DNA of 64,000 nucleotides. It comes from Minisyncoccota bacterium. GTDB taxonomy: Bacteria; Patescibacteriota; Minisyncoccia; Phycocordibacterales; UBA9973. The position numbers and the translations under genes were made by a program. Every line of letters begins with the position of its first letter. Within the stretch, counting starts at the first letter, position 1. Below, one piece after another: positions 19,206 to 28,023 of the stretch. The notes under the pieces were generated by a model. It did not search any database. It worked only from the letters and a program-made list of their open reading frames with translations, and was not told where the DNA came from. The stretch covers positions 27,957-91,956 of the forward strand of contig JBAZSZ010000002.1 of NCBI GenBank assembly GCA_041662205.1, written 5' to 3'.

Positions 19206-20303
19206 TTAATTATTACTATCAAAGTCTCCTAAGGCTAATCCTATCGCCGTAGCAAATGAAAGCGACTGCTTGAAACTCATTTCTGGAATATAATTTTTTG
19301 TATCTGATATATTGATCCAGACATTTGCCATCTCCACAGTATTTTTCATACTGACAGAAATATAATCAGCCAACCCTATCAAATTGGAATCTCCACCACA
19401 AAAAATTATTTTTTTTATCAGTGGATTATTTTTCCCCTCCTCATCTTTATGCGTCTGCCAATATAAAAAATGCTTTACTATTTCATCACGCAAGATAGAA
19501 ACACTATTTAGGAGCACTGCGAATATTTCTTTATTGTCTGTATTTCTCTCCAACCCATACTTTTCTTTATTTTTTTCTGCTTCTTCAAAGCTGATATTAA
19601 AGTTTTTCTGAATCATCTGAGTCAGCGTCACCCCTCCTAAATCAAGAGTAGATGTAAATACCACAATCCCTTTTGAAACAATAAAAATACCAGTCCGTCT
19701 TTTGCCAAAATCCACAATCATATAAGTATCCATATCTCCTTTTTTAACAACCGCCCTAGAAACTGCTTGTGCCTCCAATTCAAATGATTTAACTGATATT
19801 CTTGATTGCTTAAAAATTGATAAATAATTTTCAATTATATTTTTGGGAACAGCAGTAACTTGAACTTCCAAATTTTGAATATTTTCACTGACTAATTCAT
19901 AATCAAAAATAGCATCCTCAGCCGATATTGGTACATGGTCTTCGAGGGCAAACTCTATTCCTTCTCGAACATTTTTCAAACCTGTTTTTTCTAATTTGAG
20001 CGCAAAAAGATACGCTTGTTCTTCCGGTAGAGAAACACGTACAGATTTTATTTTTTCCTCTTTTCTCATTAACGTTAAAATTTCCTCCATTTTTTTTGAG
20101 TTTTTAATCTTTCCAGACTCAATAACCCCGAGAGGGATGCTTCTCTCTCCATATCGCCCTACCCTAATGCCATTTTTAGTAGAAACAAGTTCAACAAATT
20201 TTAACGATTCATCTGAGATATCTAAACCAAAAAAAGGTTCTGAAAGAAATTTAGGTAGAGGAAAAAATCTTAAAAAGAATTTATTAAATAAATCACCAAG
20301 CAT
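19206..20303 (-). CDS. pilM: Type IV pilus assembly protein PilM
   Basis: FGLDISDESLKFVEL, IVDFG, FCGG, FATAIGLAL. Confidence 0.88.
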   Translation of the reverse strand: MLGDLFNKFFLRFFPLPKFLSEPFFGLDISDESLKFVELVSTKNGIRVGRYGERSIPLGVIESGKIKNSKKMEEILTLMRKEEKIKSVRVSLPEEQAYLFALKLEKTGLKNVREGIEFALEDHVPISAEDAIFDYELVSENIQNLEVQVTAVPKNIIENYLSIFKQSRISVKSFELEAQAVSRAVVKKGDMDTYMIVDFGKRRTGIFIVSKGIVVFTSTLDLGGVTLTQMIQKNFNISFEEAEKNKEKYGLERNTDNKEIFAVLLNSVSILRDEIVKHFLYWQTHKDEEGKNNPLIKKIIFCGGDSNLIGLADYISVSMKNTVEMANVWINISDTKNYIPEMSFKQSLSFATAIGLALGDFDSNN

Positions 20304-20363
20304 ATTAATAATTATATCAATAAACGAGGAGCATAAACAAGCTTGATGCTCTATTTATTTATT

Positions 20364-20819
20364 TTATCCCTCTATTTGTCGGGATCTTCGATCTAAGTAT
20401 CTTTGTAAAATGAGCGCGGCTGCCGATGCATCTACTCGGCCAGACTTTATTTGCTTTACCTTACTATGAGACTGTGAAGGATTAAAACTTTTTTTATTAA
20501 TACCTATTTTTCTAGCCTCTACCGAAGTCAAAAATTCTTTTTGTTTATGCACTGGCAATTTAAAATGCTCTTTTAATTCTAAGATAAAAACCTCAATCCT
20601 ACCGGACAAAGCATTTAATTTCCCTGAAAAATCAACAGACTCTCCGACTACGATTTCCATCACTTTTTCTTTTTTTATTATGTCGTTGAGCTTTTTAAAA
20701 GTATTTGAATCATTTAAAACAATTTCTTTTGGAAAAGCCAAGGTCCCGTTTTCATCCGAGATTGCTACCCCAATTCTTTTTGTTCCATAATCAATACCTA
20801 AAAATCTTCCTGTAGTCAT
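20364..20819 (-). CDS. ruvX: YqgF/RuvX nuclease
   Basis: LGIDYGTKRIGVA, EFLTS, DASAAALILQRYLD; start placed at MTTGR. Confidence 0.92.
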   Translation of the reverse strand: MTTGRFLGIDYGTKRIGVAISDENGTLAFPKEIVLNDSNTFKKLNDIIKKEKVMEIVVGESVDFSGKLNALSGRIEVFILELKEHFKLPVHKQKEFLTSVEARKIGINKKSFNPSQSHSKVKQIKSGRVDASAAALILQRYLDRRSRQIEG

Positions 20820-20866
20820 ATTGGGAATATAGCACAAAAATTTATTTCTGGTATAATGTTTATATT

Positions 20867-21118
20867 ATGATGAATCAATATAATGTTTTGTTTGCAAATA
20901 GTGGTTGGGGTTGGGGATTATTATTACCAATTTTAATATGGTCTCTGTTTTGGAAAGGTTGTGCTCTATGGACAGCCTCCAAGAATAATCAAAAAGGGTG
21001 GTTCCTCGCTCTTCTTGTATTAAACACCGTTGGGATTTTAGAAATTATTTATATTTTCTATATTGCAAAAAAGAAGTGGGCTGACATAAAAGAAATTCTG
21101 ACTGTAAGTAAAAACTGA
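20867..21118 (+). CDS. Small membrane protein (DUF5652-like)
   Basis: WSLFWKGCALW...WFLALLVLNTVGILEIIY. Confidence 0.75.
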   Translation: MMNQYNVLFANSGWGWGLLLPILIWSLFWKGCALWTASKNNQKGWFLALLVLNTVGILEIIYIFYIAKKKWADIKEILTVSKN

Positions 21119-21214
21119 AGTTAAATAAAAAAAACAAAAAAAATACTCCAAACAATTGGGGTATTTTTTTGTTTAAACTTGAAAAAAGAATGGAATTACA
21201 GTAATGTAAACAAC

Positions 21215-21299
21215 GGAGGTGTCGCATAGAGGCTTAGTGCATCGGTCTTGAAAACCGAAGTCCTGAAAGGGACCGTGAGTTCGAATCTCACCACCTCCG
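21215..21299 (+). tRNA. tRNA-Ser (UGA)
   Basis: TCGGT-CTTGAAA-ACCGA arm, long variable arm, GTTCGAATC. Confidence 0.95.
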
Positions 21300-21337
21300 C
21301 AAAAATTAGTAATTAAAATTCTTTCTTGTATAACTTT

Positions 21338-22582
21338 CTATTCATATCGCATAGCCTCAACAGGATCCATTTTGGCAGCTGATTTGGCAGGAAAAACTCC
21401 AAAAGAGATTCCAATTATCGCCGAAACACTAAAGGCAAGCACAATAGCATAAAATGGCACAGAAAATGTCCACGCGAGATTTGCTCCTTTAGCAATAAGT
21501 GAAATAATAAATCCTAAAAATGATCCAAACCCTATTCCAATTATTCCTCCTAAAATAGTGACCAGCACCGCCTCTACTAAAAACTCTTTTAAAATATCCG
21601 ACTCTCTGGCTCCTAGAGCTTTTTTTAATCCGATCTCTGCTGTCCGCTCCGTCACCACCACATACATTATATTCATAATTCCAACACCACCAACTAAAAG
21701 AGAAATAGTGGCGATAGCAATAAGCAAAAAAGTAATTCCATCAAAAATGACATTAAAGGTTTCCAAGGCTTGTGCTTGCGTTTGAACAATAAAATCATCT
21801 TTAGCTGAATCATTTATATTATGATTATTTCGCAAAGCAATTTTTATTTGTTCTGCAGTTGCTTCAGCATCATTTATATCATTCAAGGCCACTATCCCGA
21901 CAGAGATATAATCAATTCCGAGCAATTTTTTCTGAGCCGTATTGAGCGGAATAAAAACAATTCCATCATTTTCAGAAAGCGCTCCCTGTGGGGCATAAAC
22001 ACCAATCACTTGAAAATTTAAAGCGCCAAGCTTAAATAATTTTCCCACAGGATCATCTTGCCCAAAAAGATCTTCAGCAATAGTAGAACCAAGTATAGCC
22101 ACTTGCGCCCCACTTGAATCTTCAGCCTTAGTAAAAAATCTTCCGGTAGAAAGTTTTGTTTTATCTATATTGAACCTATCTGCTCCGACTCCATAATATA
22201 TTGCGCTTTTTTTATTATTTCTATAAAGAGAAACAGCTTGACCGGTAATAATGCCATAACTCCCAACAACATTTTGTAATTTATTTATGCTGTCTAAATC
22301 TCTTTGTTTTAAACTGGTGATGACAACCCCGACTACCGCTCCTCCGGGTCCATCTGTCGCTTCGCTCCGTTTCTTTGTAGCAGAAGGAATATGTGTTTGA
22401 ACAAATAAAGTATTACTTCCAAGCGTAGCAACTTGAGAATCAATGAGCGAACGAAAACCAGCTCCGGTAGATAGCACTAAAACAACTGTCCCAATGCCTA
22501 TGATAATACCAAGCATTGTTAAAACAGTTCTGCCTTTATTGGCTCTCAGTGCTTTAATAGATTGTTTAAGTATTTTTATCAT
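21338..22582 (-). CDS. MacB/FtsX-family ABC permease
   Basis: LTMLGIIIG, GGVGIMNIM, ERTAEIGLKKALGA, DPVEAMRYE. Confidence 0.93.
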   Translation of the reverse strand: MIKILKQSIKALRANKGRTVLTMLGIIIGIGTVVLVLSTGAGFRSLIDSQVATLGSNTLFVQTHIPSATKKRSEATDGPGGAVVGVVITSLKQRDLDSINKLQNVVGSYGIITGQAVSLYRNNKKSAIYYGVGADRFNIDKTKLSTGRFFTKAEDSSGAQVAILGSTIAEDLFGQDDPVGKLFKLGALNFQVIGVYAPQGALSENDGIVFIPLNTAQKKLLGIDYISVGIVALNDINDAEATAEQIKIALRNNHNINDSAKDDFIVQTQAQALETFNVIFDGITFLLIAIATISLLVGGVGIMNIMYVVVTERTAEIGLKKALGARESDILKEFLVEAVLVTILGGIIGIGFGSFLGFIISLIAKGANLAWTFSVPFYAIVLAFSVSAIIGISFGVFPAKSAAKMDPVEAMRYE

Positions 22583-22591
22583 AAATATAAT

Positions 22592-23863
22592 TTACTCATA
22601 ACGAAGCGCATCGATCGGATTCAGTCTAGAAGCTTTTAATGAAGGATAGAGACCAAAAATAACACCAGTCAAAACAGACACACCAACAGCCAAAAGAATA
22701 GAAGATATTGAAATAACAAAATCCCAATCAAAATTTAAATATTTCATAAGTACTGCCATTAAATATGAAATTATCACACCGACAATAATACCAATCATTC
22801 CGCCAATCAAAGTCACAGCTCCAGCTTCAAGTAAAAATTGCTTCATAATAACAGTGTTCGTTGCGCCTACTGCTTTTCTTAAGCCAATTTCCCGTGTTCT
22901 CTCCGCTACGGTTGCCAGCATAATATTTAAAATTCCGATACCTCCTACAACCAGAGCAATCGCCGCCATCGATGTTAAAAACAAACTAAGAGCATCAGTA
23001 ATAGTTTTTAAAATATCTACAGCTGTTGCTTGATTTCTCACAGTAAAATCAATATCATCATCAGTCAGTATGTGATGCCTTTGTTTCAATACACTCGTTA
23101 CGTCATTTATAGTTTGATCTATATTGAGAGCTGAGTCCACTTTTATATTTATTGCCTGCAAATAATGTATGCCTAAAAGCTGACCTTGCGCAACGGAAAG
23201 TGGTACAAAAATTTGATCATCTTGATCCTGAAAAAAAGCGCTACCTCTCTTTTCTATAACTCCAACAATCCTCAAGGGCACTCCGCCTGCATTTGTTTGA
23301 GAACTATTTTTAACTTTTACAACTTGTCCAATCGGATCTACTCCCGTGCCAGCAAATAAAGCATCTGCAACCTTGGAACCCAAGACTACGACTTTCGCTC
23401 CTCCCCTATTTGCTGTTTCATCAATAAATGTTCCAGAGCTCATTGTAAAATTAACCACACTGGCATATCCATAATCAGTACCGATGAAACTCGTATCTGT
23501 ACTTTTATTTTGCCAAAGTACAGTACCTGCTCCACGAACCATGGCATTCACTGCCACTGCATGTGGAACTTGAACTGATGAACGTAAAATCTCAGCATCT
23601 GACTCCACTAAAGTAGTAACGACAACACCAAAAACTTGCGCCGGTGGGCCCTTTGGATCACTTTTGCCAGGTTGAATAGAAAGAAGATTAGAACCAAGCT
23701 TATTTACTTGTCCAAGAACAAGAGACTGCGCTCCAGCACCGAGAGATATTATGATTATCACCCCTGCCACACCAATAACAATCCCAAGCATAGTCAAAAA
23801 AGATCTTCCTTTTCTAGAAAGCAGATTACGAATGGTCATTTTTATTATTGAAAAAAAATTCAT
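22592..23863 (-). CDS. MacB/FtsX-family ABC permease (paralog)
   Basis: RSFLTMLGIVIG, ERTREIGLRKAVGA, NPIDALRYE. Confidence 0.93.
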   Translation of the reverse strand: MNFFSIIKMTIRNLLSRKGRSFLTMLGIVIGVAGVIIIISLGAGAQSLVLGQVNKLGSNLLSIQPGKSDPKGPPAQVFGVVVTTLVESDAEILRSSVQVPHAVAVNAMVRGAGTVLWQNKSTDTSFIGTDYGYASVVNFTMSSGTFIDETANRGGAKVVVLGSKVADALFAGTGVDPIGQVVKVKNSSQTNAGGVPLRIVGVIEKRGSAFFQDQDDQIFVPLSVAQGQLLGIHYLQAINIKVDSALNIDQTINDVTSVLKQRHHILTDDDIDFTVRNQATAVDILKTITDALSLFLTSMAAIALVVGGIGILNIMLATVAERTREIGLRKAVGATNTVIMKQFLLEAGAVTLIGGMIGIIVGVIISYLMAVLMKYLNFDWDFVISISSILLAVGVSVLTGVIFGLYPSLKASRLNPIDALRYE

Positions 23864-23864
23864 T

Positions 23865-24581
23865 CTATTTCTTTAGCTCTCCATCACCTTTTGCTATCGT
23901 TCTTTTCAAAACTTTTTCATCTCCAACAATCATTCCATCTTTAATATAAATTATTCTCTTGGCATGATTCGCAGTATCCATCTCATGAGTCACTAGAATA
24001 ATAGTATGGCCTCTATCATTTAGTTTCTGTAAAATTTCTAAAACAGCGTTCCCAGATTTTGAATCGAGGTTACCGGTAGGCTCATCGGCAAAGATAACAG
24101 CTGGATCGCAAACCAAAGCTCTCGCTATAGCCACGCGTTGTTTTTCTCCTCCAGAAATTTGATTCGTAAAATAATCCAAACGATGGGAAAGACCCACATC
24201 TGCTAAAGCTTTCTTTGATAAATTATCATGATCTTTTTTTTTACTATAAAGTAATGGTAATTTCACATTGTCTAAGACGGTAGTGCGCGCAAGCAGATTA
24301 AAGGATTGAAAAACGAAACCAATACGCTCGTTTCGTAGTTTCGCCAGATAATCTTTGTCAAAATCTTTTGTGTCCTGCCCTTCAAATTCATAAAGACCTG
24401 AGGTAGACTTGTCTAAAAAACTCAAAATATGCATGAGTGTTGATTTGCCGGATCCAGATGGGCCCATGATTGCCACAAATTCTCCTTGTTCCATACTAAA
24501 ATCAACTCCACGAAGAACGGACGTGACTATTCCCCCACTTTCGTAATCCTTTGTTAAATTTTCTATTTTTATCAAAGGCAT
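23865..24581 (-). CDS. ABC ATPase (LolD/MacB type)
   Basis: [31 protein letters not shown]. Confidence 0.95.
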   Translation of the reverse strand: MPLIKIENLTKDYESGGIVTSVLRGVDFSMEQGEFVAIMGPSGSGKSTLMHILSFLDKSTSGLYEFEGQDTKDFDKDYLAKLRNERIGFVFQSFNLLARTTVLDNVKLPLLYSKKKDHDNLSKKALADVGLSHRLDYFTNQISGGEKQRVAIARALVCDPAVIFADEPTGNLDSKSGNAVLEILQKLNDRGHTIILVTHEMDTANHAKRIIYIKDGMIVGDEKVLKRTIAKGDGELKK

Positions 24582-24598
24582 AATCTAAAATTTAAAAT

Positions 24599-26065
24599 CT
24601 ATTTTACAAAAGTTACTATCTCCTGCCCCACACTCAATCCAGATGTAATTTCCGTCAGCCCTCCATCCGCTTCAAGCCCAGTTGCTACTTCTACTTCACT
24701 ATAAGTTTTATTTTTTGGATCATTAATTACTCTAACAATATGTTTGCCATTCTTATTTATTACTGCACTATTTGGAACGACTAAAACGTTTTTTTTCTCC
24801 GCCACTTTTATCGTCATATTGTCAGTCATACCAGGTTTAATTTCTGGAATTTTTTCTAAACTGCCGGTCACTTTATAATTAACCACGCCAGAAATAATAG
24901 TTGAAGCGGGATTTATCGTAAGTACTTTAGTTATAAAATGCTTATCAGGACCAAGCGCATCAAAAGTATTATCAATAGATTGACCAGGAGCGACAGCTGC
25001 AATATCAGCTTCACTAACCAAAGCCTCAGTGTGCAACTCTCCCACATTTAGTAATTTCATCGCCACTTTTGTTGCTGATGCTAATTCTCCAACTTTTATA
25101 TCCACTTCTGTAATCGTCCCATTAGAAGGAGCAATCAGTCTAGCTTTCTTTATGTTTAAATTAATACCATCCACACTAGCTTGAGCTTGGGCTATTTGAG
25201 CATCAACTACCGAAGAACCAAAACTTCCCACATTCGCTTGCGCCACCGCGATAGCAGAATCCCGAGTCTGCAAAGCAAGCTGATAAAGGTTGTAATTTGT
25301 ATTATAGTTCGAAGCATTTTTATTAGGTATATTTATTTTAAATTCTACTCCTGCTTGTAGAGTTTTTGTTTTATCAAAAGACAAAAAAAGTCCACAGCTT
25401 CCTATGGGTCTAGAAATATCCGTCAAAAGAAAAGCTCCTTGTTCCAACCCAGAGTAATTTACAGAAATACCACTTGTTGAACCATAAGTTTTTATATTAT
25501 AAGTTCCTTCTTGATCACAAGCGTAAGTCCCAGAAACTAAAGGAGTATCCGAACCACTAAGATCACCCACCGCAACAGCAGTGAGAATTGAATTGAGAAG
25601 AGTACGATGAGCATTTGAAACTAAAATATTTTGTTCCGCAGTCACATTTGCAAGATTTTTTTTTGAAGCAAATGCGCGCTGCTCTGCAAGCACCAGACCA
25701 GCTTGTGCATTATGCAGTTGTGCTACAAGATCACTTGTGTCTTGTTCCGCTAACAACTGCCCAGCAAAAACCACATCTCCTTCTTTTACTAAAACTCTCT
25801 TAACTACACCACTCGATTGCCAACTTAAATTCAAATCCGTAGAACTCACAACTTGCCCAGTGACAAGGACCGTTTTTTCTATATCCTGCTGTTTAACTAG
25901 ATTAGTTTGAATATTATTAGTATCGGATTTTTTGCCAAAAAGAAACCAGCCTCCAAGCAATAAAAGTAATATTACCAAGGCCCATATAATCTTTTTCTTA
26001 GTAAAGAATGTTTTTATCTTCATTAAAATTTGGATCATTTTCATTTTTTTATTATATATAAACAT
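24599..26065 (-). CDS. MacA/HlyD-family periplasmic adaptor
   Basis: N-terminal TM, lipoyl halves VLVKEGD and APSNGTI, VPNSAV; exact start uncertain. Confidence 0.88.
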   Translation of the reverse strand: MFIYNKKMKMIQILMKIKTFFTKKKIIWALVILLLLLGGWFLFGKKSDTNNIQTNLVKQQDIEKTVLVTGQVVSSTDLNLSWQSSGVVKRVLVKEGDVVFAGQLLAEQDTSDLVAQLHNAQAGLVLAEQRAFASKKNLANVTAEQNILVSNAHRTLLNSILTAVAVGDLSGSDTPLVSGTYACDQEGTYNIKTYGSTSGISVNYSGLEQGAFLLTDISRPIGSCGLFLSFDKTKTLQAGVEFKINIPNKNASNYNTNYNLYQLALQTRDSAIAVAQANVGSFGSSVVDAQIAQAQASVDGINLNIKKARLIAPSNGTITEVDIKVGELASATKVAMKLLNVGELHTEALVSEADIAAVAPGQSIDNTFDALGPDKHFITKVLTINPASTIISGVVNYKVTGSLEKIPEIKPGMTDNMTIKVAEKKNVLVVPNSAVINKNGKHIVRVINDPKNKTYSEVEVATGLEADGGLTEITSGLSVGQEIVTFVK

Positions 26066-26106
26066 TTATTAATAACAAGTCTAAATAAATATGGTACAAT
26101 TACTTT

Positions 26107-26601
26107 ATGGAAATCTTGGAAAGATCAGATGAAAAACTAATTTGGTCTGCTTTAGAATATGAAGAGAAATATCGAACTTCAGATTGGTTTTGGGCACTCG
26201 GTGTCATCGTGGTTACGAGCTCTATCGCCTCGATTATTTTTGAAAATTATTTTTTTGCGGCGTTGATTATTCTCTCTGGAATCCTGCTCGGATTTTTCGC
26301 CATCAAGAAACCTGATACCGTTACCTATGAATTAAATAAAAAAGGATTAATCATCCGACATCGCCTTTACCCCTATGAAAATATAAAATCTTTTTGGATT
26401 CAAATCGGTGAGCACCCTGAGACGAACATCAAGCCAATACTTTTCATCCATTCAGAAAGAGCCTTTATGCCAATTCTTGCAATTCCGATAAATGAAACGA
26501 TCGTGGAAGATATCCACTCCATAATGCTTTCAAGAGATATTGCTGAAGTAGAAATGAAAGAGCACGCTTCAGAAAAAATAATGGAAGCTCTAGGGTTTTA
26601 A
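26107..26601 (+). CDS. Hypothetical membrane protein
   Basis: WSALEY...DWFW, two TM helices, IKSFWI. Confidence 0.75.
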   Translation: MEILERSDEKLIWSALEYEEKYRTSDWFWALGVIVVTSSIASIIFENYFFAALIILSGILLGFFAIKKPDTVTYELNKKGLIIRHRLYPYENIKSFWIQIGEHPETNIKPILFIHSERAFMPILAIPINETIVEDIHSIMLSRDIAEVEMKEHASEKIMEALGF

Positions 26602-26637
26602 TAGACTTTTTTTCAAAAACTGGTAATCTTCAAAGAT

Positions 26638-26709
26638 GCCTTCGTCGTTCAATGGATAGGACGCAACTTTGCGGAAGTTGTGATGCAGGTTCGATTCCTG
26701 CCGAGGGCA
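26638..26709 (+). tRNA. tRNA-Arg (GCG)
   Basis: CAACT-TTGCGGA-AGTTG arm, GGTTCGATTCC. Confidence 0.93.
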
Positions 26710-26821
26710 CAAAATAAATTTTTTTCTAAAAATTCAAATTTAATCACAAATTTAATAACTTTTTATAAAGATAAAGAGAAATAACTCTGCACCTTGTAAA
26801 TCTTCACCCAAACCCCATGCA

Positions 26822-26850
26822 TTGACATTTTTGTCAAGGTATGATACAAT
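26822..26850 (+). promoter_or_regulatory. Sigma70 promoter of the collagen-like gene
   Basis: TTGACA-17-TACAAT with TG extension; the -35 lies in the palindrome TTGACA-tttt-TGTCAA. Confidence 0.7.
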
Positions 26851-26930
26851 CCTATTTGAAGAGAAGTTCTCTGTAAAAAAAATAAATAGGGTCGTAGACC
26901 CTAAAAAAATTCAAGAAAGGAGAAAATATC

Positions 26931-27800
26931 ATGAAAAAGTTGATATTTCTCGCCATCCTTGCGGTGGCAACAATGTTTTTCTCCGCGCCGGTTGGCGCGG
27001 AGGTAGACCACTGGAAAACGGGAGATGAGTGCCTGGCGGCACCAGTTACCGCCATGAACTATTTTCCAACAATCCTTAGCAAGCAAACGCCTGCTAAGGG
27101 TGAAATTGCAGGAGGGTTTCCCAGCCCCCGCTGCGTAAAAATGGACCTACCCGACAGATGGGGTGGTATAGGCTGGGTTCGCATCGGAAGTGATCGCAAA
27201 ATCATTTTCGATGAGAAAACTGGCAAGCCACTCCGGCTTGCCGAGTGTAACAACAAAATTTATGAAGTTGTTGCGCTACCCGCAGTCGCGGGTACACCAG
27301 GAGCAACAGGAGCCCCCGGACCACAAGGTCCTCAGGGTATCCCTGGTCCCCCTGGACCAGCCGGTCCTGCAGGAAGGGATGGATATGACGGTCGTGACGC
27401 AAGTTACGACCAAGAGTACGAACAACCCTCCCAAGTCCCAGCTTTTTTAGGAGGAGTTCTGGGAGGAATAGTTGGGGGTTATGTAAACCCCAACTATGGC
27501 CAGCAACAGCAGTATCGCACCGGTAGCCACCGCCGTGTTGGCGGAGGTTACCGTGGTGGCAATTATCGCCACCAACGGCAATACCAGCCGAGGCAGTCAC
27601 ACATGCGGCAGCATAATGTACGGCCGCCTCACCAACCGCAACCGCGGTTCGTCGGAGTTCCTCCAGGAGGAAGAACCGGTCCCGCCATTAACATTGGTGG
27701 CACCCCTCCTCCTTCAGGAGGAGGCGGAGGCGGCCGTGGCCCCGGTGGCAACACCGGCGGCGGAAACGGTTCCGGTGGTCGCACCGGAAACGCATTCTGA
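26931..27800 (+). CDS. Secreted collagen-like, Gly/Pro/Gln-rich protein
   Basis: Signal peptide, Cys-containing N-domain, 12 Gly-X-Y triplets, glycine-zipper-like segment; AAAGGAG SD. Confidence 0.85.
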   Translation: MKKLIFLAILAVATMFFSAPVGAEVDHWKTGDECLAAPVTAMNYFPTILSKQTPAKGEIAGGFPSPRCVKMDLPDRWGGIGWVRIGSDRKIIFDEKTGKPLRLAECNNKIYEVVALPAVAGTPGATGAPGPQGPQGIPGPPGPAGPAGRDGYDGRDASYDQEYEQPSQVPAFLGGVLGGIVGGYVNPNYGQQQQYRTGSHRRVGGGYRGGNYRHQRQYQPRQSHMRQHNVRPPHQPQPRFVGVPPGGRTGPAINIGGTPPPSGGGGGGRGPGGNTGGGNGSGGRTGNAF

Positions 27801-27847
27801 TTTATCGATAACATTCTTCAATTTTTATTTCGAAGAATGCCATCACC

Positions 27848-27887
27848 TAGGGGAGGTTTGTGTGTTTTTATACACAAACTTCCCCTA
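27848..27887 (+). terminator. Long hairpin downstream of the collagen-like gene
   Basis: taggggaggtttgtgt / acacaaacttccccta. Confidence 0.6.
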
Positions 27888-28023
27888 CTTTCCAAAGTTA
27901 TTAATCTAGAATTTATTATCTATGATTTATAATTCCGGAAAGTAGAAATGTCGAATTTTTACTTTAAATTATAATTAAATTAGCTCTATTGACAACAAAG
28001 AGCTACTATGCTAAAATAAGAAT

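Noticed and set aside
26822-27909. Multiple overlapping ORFs over the collagen-like gene
   Set aside because: Expected from high GC and few stop codons; only 26931-27800 has an SD and a signal peptide.
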